A stretch of DNA of 62,063 bases, the filler included, from Nitrospinae bacterium RIFCSPLOWO2_12_FULL_45_22 (GTDB taxonomy: Bacteria > 2-12-FULL-45-22): NCBI GenBank assembly GCA_001803565.1. It is 6 parts of 6 records of this genome, joined end to end, with 100 filler letters (N's around TTAATTAATTAA, not from the genome) between each part and the next. Parts side by side here need not be neighbours in the genome. Positions count along the whole stretch, not along the records: positions 1 to 12,354 come from MHDQ01000295.1; 5 more parts are not named here. The stretch is one strand, 5' to 3'. The notes below the pieces were generated by a model. The model was not told where the DNA came from, ran no database searches, and worked only from the letters and a program-made list of their open reading frames with translations. Below, piece after piece: positions 1 to 8,459 of this stretch. A program made the translations under genes and the position numbers. The stretch's first letter is position 1; each line of letters starts with the position of its first letter.

Positions 1-1
1 T

Positions 2-892
2 ACAAGTTCCCAAAAATTTTCTAGCAAAAGTTTGAGACAAATGACTCTTTTCCCTAGAGAGCCAGAAGAACCGCAGTGTTTGGTCCTTTCCCGGAAGCAC
101 ACTCCTGCGAGGTGGAGAAAGATAGTATCCAAGATTGCCCAGGGTAATGATTATTTTAGATCCGAAACTACTGACTGGAATATAACTTATAAATTTGGGC
201 CCTTTAAGGCCTCTCTTGCCCGAATACCAGAGGATGAAGATCGGTTTCCAGTCGCTCTTTGGACTAAAAATATTTTTATGGAAGGTATTCAGTTTCTCCA
301 GCTCAACAGCAGTGTAATGCGCTGGGCCTGCAGGCCGGATTTACCAGTAGTTTTTCAGTCAGACGGTTCCAATCTTCCAAAGGTAATTCAATACTTGAAG
401 AAAGAACAACCTGATTCCTTTGCCCGCTGGATACAACACATACAGACTGCCTTACCAGAAATCGAAGAAGTACAAATAAAAGAAAGGCCTGAAGACCGTT
501 TCTTATATCTTAATATTAGATACAACAATGGTTTAAAGCTGCCTTCCTGGGTTATCTCTGATGGTACTCTTCGCCTTCTTGCTCAAACGATTATTGCTTA
601 TCTACCGGAAAAGAATCGGATATACATGATTGAAGAGCCTGAGAATGGATTGCATCCTCTTGCTATCGAAAGTATATATCAATCCCTTTCATCAGTCTAT
701 GAAAACCAAATTTTTTTGGCAACTCATTCACCAGCAATATTGCGCCTGGCACAGCCGAAAGATATTCTATGTTTTTCAAAGACCACTTCTGGAGCGGTAG
801 ATATAATAGGGGGAGAAGAACATCCAAAGCTTAAGGACTGGAGAAGAGAGGTTGACCTTGCTACACTCCATGCAGCCGGGGTATTGCAATGA
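2..892 (+). CDS. ABC-type AAA ATPase (AAA_21/COG4637-like; resembles MADS MAD3), 5'-partial
   Basis: ABC signature SDGTLRLL, Walker B/D-loop IEEPENGLHP, H-loop ATHSP; frame is open to the window start and Walker A lies outside the window. Confidence 0.8.
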   Translation, partial: TSSQKFSSKSLRQMTLFPREPEEPQCLVLSRKHTPARWRKIVSKIAQGNDYFRSETTDWNITYKFGPFKASLARIPEDEDRFPVALWTKNIFMEGIQFLQLNSSVMRWACRPDLPVVFQSDGSNLPKVIQYLKKEQPDSFARWIQHIQTALPEIEEVQIKERPEDRFLYLNIRYNNGLKLPSWVISDGTLRLLAQTIIAYLPEKNRIYMIEEPENGLHPLAIESIYQSLSSVYENQIFLATHSPAILRLAQPKDILCFSKTTSGAVDIIGGEEHPKLKDWRREVDLATLHAAGVLQ

Positions 893-1500
893 AAGATCTG
901 ATCGTTTTGGTGCCCGATAAGAATGTACGGTTTGGAATTGATAGCCTACTTTCACGCTATGAATCGTTGAATATCAAGGACATTTTTTATGATATATTTG
1001 TCCATCCTTTACATGACGCTGGAGTTTATCATAATGCGGCTAATTTTTTAAGAGCATTTTCGAATCATTATTCGTATGCCCTTGTTTTCCTTGACCGAGA
1101 AGGGAGTGGGCAGGAACAAACTCTACCTAACAATATAGCCAATACAGTAAAAAAGGATGTTGAATCTAATGGCTGGCCAGATAGAGTGGAGGTTATCGTT
1201 TTTGATCCAGAACTTGAGATCTGGGTTTGGACGGAATCTCCATATACGGCAGCAGCACTTGGATGGGATAATTATCTGGACTTAAAGAAGTGGCTTAATG
1301 AGCAAGGATTCTGGGAACAAAATTCTTCTAAACCAAAACGACCTAAGGAAGCAGTAGAGAGCTCCTTGAAACTAAAAAGAATTCCCCGTTCATCATCTAT
1401 CTATAGGGAAATTGGTCAAAGGGTCAGCTTACATAGATGTCAGGATGAATCATTTAGAAGCTTTAGAAATATTTTGCAAAAATGGTTCCCAAAAAGTTGA
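889..1500 (+). CDS. Hypothetical partner of the ATPase (DUF4276/TOPRIM-like; resembles MADS MAD4)
   Basis: ATGA overlap with the ATPase; motifs DLIVLVPDK, HPLHDAG, LVFLDREGSG, DPELEIWVW, PKRPKEA. Confidence 0.6.
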   Translation: MKDLIVLVPDKNVRFGIDSLLSRYESLNIKDIFYDIFVHPLHDAGVYHNAANFLRAFSNHYSYALVFLDREGSGQEQTLPNNIANTVKKDVESNGWPDRVEVIVFDPELEIWVWTESPYTAAALGWDNYLDLKKWLNEQGFWEQNSSKPKRPKEAVESSLKLKRIPRSSSIYREIGQRVSLHRCQDESFRSFRNILQKWFPKS

Positions 1501-1628
1501 TAAAAATAGACCTATTACCCTCATAGAGGAAAAAACAACTGTACATGTATAATAGAGAGAAGGAAAACTCGGGTGAATCAATCTTTGCGGCTGGTTTAGA
1601 GAAGCTGGATAATGAGGTGTAAATAAAG

Positions 1629-2909
1629 ATGAAAGTTATGGTAATTGGCGAGGGGGGGCGAGAGCATGCCCTGGCCTGGAAAATAGCCCGGAGCCCCCTG
1701 GTTACTAGAGTTTATTGTGCCCCGGGTAATGCTGGCACGGCATTATTAGGGCAAAATATACCCTTAAAAGCGACCAACCTGGAAACGCTGAAAGAATTTG
1801 CCCTAAAAGAAGGAATAGACCTGACCGTGGTTGGGCCAGAACTGCCCCTGGCTATGGGGATAGTAGATGAGTTCCAGGAGGTGGGCTTAAAAGTCTTTGG
1901 CCCTAATAGAAAGACCACCGAGCTAGAGAGCAGTAAGGTCTTTGCCAAAGAAGTAATGACTACCGGCAGGATTCCCACTGCCCCCTATAAGGTAATAAAT
2001 ACCTTTAATGAAGCGATCGAATATATAGAGCAGGCCGAGCAGGCCTTAGTAGTCAAGGCCGATGGCCTGGCGGGTGGTAAGGGGGTTATAGTCTGTTCTA
2101 GTAAGGCAGAGGCTATAGCTGCGGCCAAATCATTGATGGTAGACAAGATATTTGCCGATGCCGGGAATAGATTAGTTATAGAAGAGAGGCTCTGGGGAGA
2201 AGAGGTATCTTTCCTCTGCCTTACTGATGGCGAGGATATTCTTCCGTTAGCTACCTCACAAGATCACAAGCAGATCTTTGACGGCGACCAAGGGCCCAAT
2301 ACTGGTGGTATGGGGGCCTATTCGCCGGCCCCGGTGGTCACCCCTGCCATGTTTGACCGGATAGTAGAAGAGATAGCTGAGCCCACTATCAAAACTATGG
2401 CCCAACTAGGCCGGTCATACCAGGGGGTGCTCTATATTGGTCTGATGATTGACCAGGAAGGGCCTAAGGTCCTGGAATATAATGCCCGTTTTGGCGACCC
2501 AGAGACCCAGCCCCTTATGCTACGGCTGGAGTCTGATTTGGTACCGCTCCTCAAGGCAACTATTACCGGCCAATTGAAGGATTGTCAGATCCATTGGAAA
2601 CCGCAGGCCTCGGTTTGCGTGGTGATGGCTGCGCAAGGCTATCCTGGCCCTTATGAAAAAGGTAAAGAGATCACCGGAATTGAGACCGCAGAAGCCCTGG
2701 AAGATATTGAGATATTTCATGCCGGTACTATAACGAAGGAAGGGAAAATATTTACTAATGGTGGCCGGGTACTGGGCGTGACCTCCTTAGGAGGAGATAT
2801 AGCCCAGGCAATAGAAAGGGCCTATGAAGGGGTTAAGAAGATCTTCTGGGACGGCGCCTACTATCGAGCCGATATTGGCCAAAAAGCCCTGAATAGGGCC
2901 TACCGATGA
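1629..2909 (+). CDS. purD: Phosphoribosylamine--glycine ligase
   Basis: GGREHALAW, APGNAG, VVKADGLAGGKGV, QDHK, GPNTGGMGAYSP, EYNARFGDPETQ. Confidence 0.98.
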   Translation: MKVMVIGEGGREHALAWKIARSPLVTRVYCAPGNAGTALLGQNIPLKATNLETLKEFALKEGIDLTVVGPELPLAMGIVDEFQEVGLKVFGPNRKTTELESSKVFAKEVMTTGRIPTAPYKVINTFNEAIEYIEQAEQALVVKADGLAGGKGVIVCSSKAEAIAAAKSLMVDKIFADAGNRLVIEERLWGEEVSFLCLTDGEDILPLATSQDHKQIFDGDQGPNTGGMGAYSPAPVVTPAMFDRIVEEIAEPTIKTMAQLGRSYQGVLYIGLMIDQEGPKVLEYNARFGDPETQPLMLRLESDLVPLLKATITGQLKDCQIHWKPQASVCVVMAAQGYPGPYEKGKEITGIETAEALEDIEIFHAGTITKEGKIFTNGGRVLGVTSLGGDIAQAIERAYEGVKKIFWDGAYYRADIGQKALNRAYR

Positions 2910-4243
2910 CTATGGTTGAAGAACAGGCATTAATAGAATCTATATTGATAGAGAAGGATAACCTGGACCTTATCTTTGATTTTGTCTCTGACGGTATCTT
3001 TACCCATGACCAGCAGATGCTGATCACCAGCTTCAATACCGCGGCAGAAAAGATAACGGGCTTTAACCGGGCAGAAGCCATAGGTAAAAGGTGTCCGGAT
3101 ATATTCGCTGGGCCCCTTTGCGGTACCCATTGCATCCTCCATCAAGCTGCTAAGGCCAGCCGGTGGATAAAGGACCAAGAACTTCAGATAATGGATAAGA
3201 ACGGCCGCCCCCGGACTATTATCCTTAATACCGCCATTCTACATGATAAAGAGAAAAAACCGTGGGGAGTAGTGGCCATTTTTCGCGACATGACCGAGCT
3301 AGTCTCCTTGAAGAGGCAATTAAAGGAGCGGTTTCAATTCCATAAACTGATCGGGAAGAACCACCAGATGCAAGAGGTTTATAATTTGATTGAAGATATC
3401 GCCGATAGCGATGCTACGGTACTAATCCAGGGTGAAAGTGGTACTGGTAAAGAGCTAGTAGCCCAGGCTATTCACTATCAAGGACCGCGGACTAATAAAC
3501 CCTTTGTTAGGGTCAATTGTTCCACCCTGGCAGAAAGCCTATTGGAAAGCGAGTTGTTCGGCCATGTGAGAGGGGCTTTCACTGGGGCTATTCGGGATAA
3601 AATAGGCAGGTTTGAGCTAGCCCAGGGCGGCACTGCATTTCTGGATGAGATCGGCGATATAAGTCCGGCTATCCAGGTGAAGCTATTGCGGGTACTACAG
3701 GAAAAGGAGATCGAACGGGTAGGGGACACTAAGAGTATCAAGGTGGATGTGAGAGTTATAGCGGCTACAAACCATGATCTAAAAAGATTAATGCGAGAGG
3801 GAAAATTTCGGGAAGACCTCTTTTATCGCCTCTACGTCATCCCTATCCACTTGCCACCTTTGCGCGAGCGCAGGGAGGACATACCGCTCCTGGTAGAACA
3901 TTTTATAAGACAATTTAAGGGGCAAACCGGCAAAAAGATCGAAAGTATCTCCGAGGAAGCCCTGAAGCTCCTATTAGATTATTCCTGGCCTGGTAATGTT
4001 CGGGAATTAGAGAATGTTATAGAACATGCCTTTGTCAAGTGCCGTGTCCCCTTGATCCTCCCTGAACATCTCCCCCAGGAAATCCTCGGGGCAAAGATAG
4101 TTTTCGGTGCCCGAAAACGACCCCGCCTCACCGAAGAACAACTCCACCAAGCCCTTCAGGAAACCCGAGGCAATAAGGCCCGGGCTGCCAGGGAATTAGG
4201 TATAGGCCGAACGACCCTGTGGCGCAAGCTAAAAAAAGGGTAA
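2906..4243 (+). CDS. PAS-domain sigma54-dependent Fis-family transcriptional activator
   Basis: N-terminal PAS, GESGTGKE, GAFTGA, FLDEIG, WPGNVREL, C-terminal HTH. Confidence 0.93.
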   Translation: MTMVEEQALIESILIEKDNLDLIFDFVSDGIFTHDQQMLITSFNTAAEKITGFNRAEAIGKRCPDIFAGPLCGTHCILHQAAKASRWIKDQELQIMDKNGRPRTIILNTAILHDKEKKPWGVVAIFRDMTELVSLKRQLKERFQFHKLIGKNHQMQEVYNLIEDIADSDATVLIQGESGTGKELVAQAIHYQGPRTNKPFVRVNCSTLAESLLESELFGHVRGAFTGAIRDKIGRFELAQGGTAFLDEIGDISPAIQVKLLRVLQEKEIERVGDTKSIKVDVRVIAATNHDLKRLMREGKFREDLFYRLYVIPIHLPPLRERREDIPLLVEHFIRQFKGQTGKKIESISEEALKLLLDYSWPGNVRELENVIEHAFVKCRVPLILPEHLPQEILGAKIVFGARKRPRLTEEQLHQALQETRGNKARAARELGIGRTTLWRKLKKG

Positions 4244-4394
4244 CTGTTTAGCCACGGTAGGCCTTCACCGCAGACGCTGAGACGCAGAGTCTTCTTACGG
4301 ATCGTAAGGAGTAAGGTGTGAGGGGGCATCTCCTTGCGCCTAACGCTCTCACGCCTTACGGGTCTTCTCTGCGCCTCTGCGCCTCTGCGGTAAA
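4240..4394. repeat. Nested inverted-repeat element with periodic arms
   Basis: Outer arms TTCACCGCAGACGCTGAGACGCAGAG / CTCTGCGCCTCTGCGCCTCTGCGGTAAA; inner 7-nt-periodic arms CGTAAGG-AGTAAGG-TGTGAGG / CCTAACG-CTCTCACG-CCTTACG. Confidence 0.75.
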
Positions 4395-4404
4395 ATAATA
4401 CAAT

Positions 4405-6798
4405 ATGGAAGCAGTTAAAAAAGAGACTCTCAGCCAGGAGATTTATAATTTCGCAACCCTCGCTGCGTTGCGGGAAGCAGTCCTTAAGGTTGCTGAGGCA
4501 TCTGATAAAGACCCTTTGATCTATATCTTACCCAATGCCAGGCGAATACCCCTAAAAAGCCCCACTGGTCAAATAGGTATTTTCCCGGCTTCTTTCAACC
4601 CTTTAACCCTAGCCCATGTTGCCGTGATAGAAGAGGCCAGAAAAATCTTTAGCCTGGAAGAGATAATCCTGATCCTGGACATCAAAAACATTGATAAGGA
4701 CATATTTGGCGCTTCTTTAGAAGACCGGTTATTGATGCTCCAACTCTTCATTACTCCCTTCCCCTACTACAGGATAGGATTGGCCAGTCACGGCTTATTC
4801 CTCCATAAGCTCCAGGCCCTAAAGCGTATCTATCCAGAATCGCTCGGGTTCAATTTTATTGTGGGCTACGATACCATAGCAAGGGTCTTAGATAATAAGT
4901 ATTATGCTGATAGAGAGCGGGCCCTAGATGACTTATTCAGCCAGAGCCGGTTTCTGGTTGCTAATCGCTATGATAAAGGGGAGAAAGAGATAGAAGAGTG
5001 GCTTACTCGAAAAGAAAATAAAAGGTTCACCTGTCTACCGTGCCGGCACAGGCAGGGAGACCGGATAATACCCTTTAACATCCCGTCCCGCTATGCCTTT
5101 ATCACCTCTACTTATATTCGAGACTGGATAAAAGAAGGTAAGCCCATAACAGAACTGGCCCAGTGGGTGCCGGAAGAGGTTCTTTCTTTTATCCAGCAGA
5201 CCGGACTGTATCATCTGCCTCTTCTAATAGAGCGGGAGGGTGAAAAAATTACGATAGATAGATACGATTTGCGTATCCGACTCATCCATCACCTCTTTGC
5301 CCTGAATATCCCGGCTAATCAAAACATAGACCTGAAGAAGCTGATAGAAATAGCGACGTCTGATACCCCCCTGGGAGAGCAAATCAGAAAAATGCTGGCC
5401 ATCCCGTCCCACTGCCTCCCTCCCCGCCCTTATGTAGCCGCACCGTCTAACGGTGCCACATTACTAGGTAACTTCAGCTATAATAAAATCTCTTACTCTT
5501 TGCCCCAGGCCCTGGTAGAAGCTCAGCGCTGCTTGCAATGCCCTGAGCCACCCTGCCAGCGGGCCTGCCCGGATAATATCCCGATAAAACAGCTCCTGGA
5601 AAAAATTTCTAAAGGAGAATTTAAAGAACCAATTGATTGCCTCAGACAGAGACATCCTTTAGCTGGCATGACCGAATATCTCTGCCAAACCCAGGAGAAC
5701 TACTGTGAGGCCCATTGCCTCTTAGCCACCCTTCTAGGGCTAAACCACGGAGTAGCTATCCAGGAAGTATTGAAGACCATCCTCACAAAAGTGAGCCGTG
5801 AGCCGTTAGCAGTGAGCAGTACAGAGCCCGCGGGCTCTTCACTCCTTACTGCTTACTCCTCACCCCTCACACCTAAGATTGCCATTGTTGGTTCTGGTCC
5901 TGCGGGCTTAGCGGCTGCATTTGCCCTGGCCCGAATGGGCTATCAGGCGCATATATACGAGAGGAAAGATAAGATAGGCGGCATACCCCGCCATGAAATA
6001 CCACCTTTCCGGTTCCAGCCCCAACAAGTCTTTGAAGGAATAGAGGAAGAACTAGAATCCCAAGGCATAGAGGTATTTACTAATATCGTTATTGAAAAGG
6101 ATAAGGGCCTTAAAGAATTGCTAAGAGAGGGGTACCGGGCCATATTCCTTGCCACGGGTCTGATTAAGCCATTGCGACTAAATATCCCAGGAGAAGGATT
6201 ACCCCAGGTGATAACTTCGGTGGATCTCTTCACCCTCTATCATCAGCAAGGATTGGATTATTTACTAGACCGGTTCTCTGCTAAGCGGGTAATAATTACT
6301 GATAGTGGCAATACTGCTATGGATACCAGCCGGTTTTTGTTGCGATTAGGAGCGGAACCTATTATAATTCATTGGCGGGCGCACCCCCGGGCCTTACTTA
6401 AGGAAACCTGGGCTGCCCAAAGAGAAGGGGTGAAGTTCTTGCACCTCTGCCGGCCTATCCGGTTCATAGGGGATGATGCAGGAAACTTGAAGTATATCTT
6501 GGTCATCCGAACGGAATACGATAGCCAGACCCAGCAGGATAACCCTATCCCAGGTAGTGAATTTATCCTCCGGGCCGATTATGTGGTCCATGCCATAGGC
6601 TCGCTACCAGACCTGGTACTCCCGGGCTTAAACCTCACCCCTGAGGGCCATGTGATAGTGGAGCCGGAAACTATGGCTACTTCCCTCGACGGTGTATTTG
6701 CCGGGGGCGACTTAGTAGAGAAAGGGAATATATCAACCGCTATCAGGGATGGGAAGAGGGCAGCGCACAGCATTGCCAGTATCTTGGCAAAGGAATGA
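4405..6798 (+). CDS. Fusion: cytidylyltransferase-superfamily (NadD/Pof1-like) nucleotidyltransferase + GltD/PreT-like FeS-flavoprotein
   Basis: N-term GIFPASFNPLTLAH, IVGYDTIARVLDNKYY, ITSTYIR; C-term RCLQCPEPPCQRACP, IAIVGSGPAGL, IPPFRF, TSLDGVFAGGD. Confidence 0.8.
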   Translation: MEAVKKETLSQEIYNFATLAALREAVLKVAEASDKDPLIYILPNARRIPLKSPTGQIGIFPASFNPLTLAHVAVIEEARKIFSLEEIILILDIKNIDKDIFGASLEDRLLMLQLFITPFPYYRIGLASHGLFLHKLQALKRIYPESLGFNFIVGYDTIARVLDNKYYADRERALDDLFSQSRFLVANRYDKGEKEIEEWLTRKENKRFTCLPCRHRQGDRIIPFNIPSRYAFITSTYIRDWIKEGKPITELAQWVPEEVLSFIQQTGLYHLPLLIEREGEKITIDRYDLRIRLIHHLFALNIPANQNIDLKKLIEIATSDTPLGEQIRKMLAIPSHCLPPRPYVAAPSNGATLLGNFSYNKISYSLPQALVEAQRCLQCPEPPCQRACPDNIPIKQLLEKISKGEFKEPIDCLRQRHPLAGMTEYLCQTQENYCEAHCLLATLLGLNHGVAIQEVLKTILTKVSREPLAVSSTEPAGSSLLTAYSSPLTPKIAIVGSGPAGLAAAFALARMGYQAHIYERKDKIGGIPRHEIPPFRFQPQQVFEGIEEELESQGIEVFTNIVIEKDKGLKELLREGYRAIFLATGLIKPLRLNIPGEGLPQVITSVDLFTLYHQQGLDYLLDRFSAKRVIITDSGNTAMDTSRFLLRLGAEPIIIHWRAHPRALLKETWAAQREGVKFLHLCRPIRFIGDDAGNLKYILVIRTEYDSQTQQDNPIPGSEFILRADYVVHAIGSLPDLVLPGLNLTPEGHVIVEPETMATSLDGVFAGGDLVEKGNISTAIRDGKRAAHSIASILAKE
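5030..5056 (-). repeat. 27-bp palindromic element in-frame within CDS
   Basis: Reverse complement CCTGCCTGTGCCGGCACGGTAGACAGG matches 21004-21030 at 24/27 positions. Confidence 0.75.
5791..5870. repeat. Heptamer-periodic hairpin element in-frame within CDS
   Basis: GTGAGCC GTGAGCC GTTAGCA GTGAGCA ... AGAGCCCGCGGGCTCT ... TCACTCC TTACTGC TTACTCC TCACCCC TCAC. Confidence 0.75.
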
Positions 6799-6802
6799 TG
6801 AT

Positions 6803-7177
6803 ATGAAAGAGGCATTAAGATACTTAAAGAATGCCAGGGAGAGGTTAAAGTCTGCACCAGTAGAGGATAATACCTATACCGATGTTAAGCCGGTGCGGGA
6901 GGCATGTGGCACGGCTTATCTTGCTGTGCTTAAGGCCATTGACGACTATTTACTGGAAAAGGGTGTTGAGAGGAAGAAATTGCCTAAATCCTTTGAGGCT
7001 TACATGGAAATGTTCCGAAAATACGCCCTGATACATGATGGTAAACAGATACGAGAATTTGATAAACTTTATGACTTATTGCATATTGCTGGTTACTATC
7101 AGGGGCTCTTAAAGGATGTGGCGGTTGTTAAGGATGCTATAAAAGCTGCCGAGGACTTCATCAAAAAGCTAAAATAA
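6803..7177 (+). CDS. DUF5618-like (HEPN-like) small protein
   Basis: MKEALRYLKNARE..YTDVKPVREACGTAYLAVLKAID..LHIAGYY; ATG 6803 just after the upstream stop is preferred. Confidence 0.7.
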   Translation: MKEALRYLKNARERLKSAPVEDNTYTDVKPVREACGTAYLAVLKAIDDYLLEKGVERKKLPKSFEAYMEMFRKYALIHDGKQIREFDKLYDLLHIAGYYQGLLKDVAVVKDAIKAAEDFIKKLK

Positions 7178-7186
7178 GGGCAAGGA

Positions 7187-8002
7187 ATGAGCAAGCTGGA
7201 TGACCTAAAGAATATCCTTAGGGATATGGGCCGGGTGATGGTAGCCTTTTCTGGCGGAGTGGATAGCAGCTTTCTACTCCGGGTAGGTAAAGAGGTCCTG
7301 GGGGATAATATCCTGGCCGTGACTGCTCGCTCTGAAACCTACCCCCAGGCCGAGCTAGAAGAAGCTAAAAAAATCGCCCAGCTCATAGGCATAAGGCACC
7401 TGATTATAACCTCAGAAGAGTTAGAGATCCCGGGTTTTCAGGATAATCCCCCCAACCGATGCTACTATTGTAAGAAAGAGCTTTTTGAAAAGCTCAAGGA
7501 ATTAGCGGTTCAAGAAGGGATAGATTTTATTGCTGATGGCTCCAACTGTGATGATTTGGGAGACCATCGCCCCGGTATGTTGGCCGCCAGAGAGCTGGGT
7601 GTTCGTAGCCCCTTGAAAGAGGCTGGTTTAACCAAAAAAGAGATCCGAGAATATTCTTATGCACTGGGGCTCCCTACCTGGGAAAAGCCTTCTTTTGCCT
7701 GCCTGGCCTCCCGGTTTCCCTATGGCGAAAAGATCAGTCAGGAAAAGCTCCGCCGGGTTGACCGGGCAGAGGAGTTTTTGAGGGCTAAAGGGTTCAAGCA
7801 GTTACGGGTCAGGCATCATGATGGTATTGCCCGGATTGAGGTAGACAAAAAAGACCTGGGGAAGTTTTTGCAATACAACCTTGCTACAGAAGTGGTGGCT
7901 AAGCTGAAGGAATTAGGTTTCAATTATATAACCCTGGACCTGGAAGGGTATCGCATGGGCAGTATGAACGAAGTCCTTCCCCTGGAAATGAAAAGAAAAT
8001 GA
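7187..8002 (+). CDS. larE: ATP-dependent sulfur transferase, LarE family (TIGR00268-like)
   Basis: PP-loop AFSGGVDSS, RCYYCK, DHRPG, KPSFACLASRFPYG, LRVRHH, GYRMGSMN. Confidence 0.92.
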   Translation: MSKLDDLKNILRDMGRVMVAFSGGVDSSFLLRVGKEVLGDNILAVTARSETYPQAELEEAKKIAQLIGIRHLIITSEELEIPGFQDNPPNRCYYCKKELFEKLKELAVQEGIDFIADGSNCDDLGDHRPGMLAARELGVRSPLKEAGLTKKEIREYSYALGLPTWEKPSFACLASRFPYGEKISQEKLRRVDRAEEFLRAKGFKQLRVRHHDGIARIEVDKKDLGKFLQYNLATEVVAKLKELGFNYITLDLEGYRMGSMNEVLPLEMKRK

Positions 8003-8250
8003 TCCGGAATCTGATCTTTATATTTCTAATCTTAGCCCTTTATCAGATGTGGAAGGGTTTCACCAGGGGCAGCAAAACAAAGCATTTCTCCCAAAATAAT
8101 GGGCTGAGACAGATAGATGATGAGATGGTAAAAGACCCTCACTGCCAGGTCTATATCCCTAAATCTAGCGCCATAAAGAGGCACATAGCTGGACAAGAGC
8201 ACTATTTCTGCAGCCCAACTTGCGCAGAAAAATTTAAAGAACAGGCTTAA
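7999..8250 (+). CDS. Small membrane-anchored YHS/TRASH metal-binding protein
   Basis: N-terminal TM helix; MVKDPHCQVYIP...YFCSPTC. Confidence 0.8.
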   Translation: MIRNLIFIFLILALYQMWKGFTRGSKTKHFSQNNGLRQIDDEMVKDPHCQVYIPKSSAIKRHIAGQEHYFCSPTCAEKFKEQA

Positions 8251-8459
8251 CAGACTAAACCTTTATTCTCCGACAATTCTCTGCGGCCTCAGACCCCAAT
8301 TATTTTTCTTTCCACTCTTCTATCTGACATTCAAGAGGTTTCCCTTAGTGCTTCATTTCATAAACACAGTTACGTATTATGCCTATTTTTTGCCTCTCCT
8401 GTATTCCTGGTTTCCTTATCATAAGCACTTTCTCTCAAATACGTCACCGTAATTATGGA

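Noticed and set aside
6749-6802. Upstream starts given in the ORF track (6749, 19392, 48387, 56815, 58843)
   Set aside because: They overlap upstream genes or repeats; downstream starts fit the family N-termini better and mostly have clearer SD motifs
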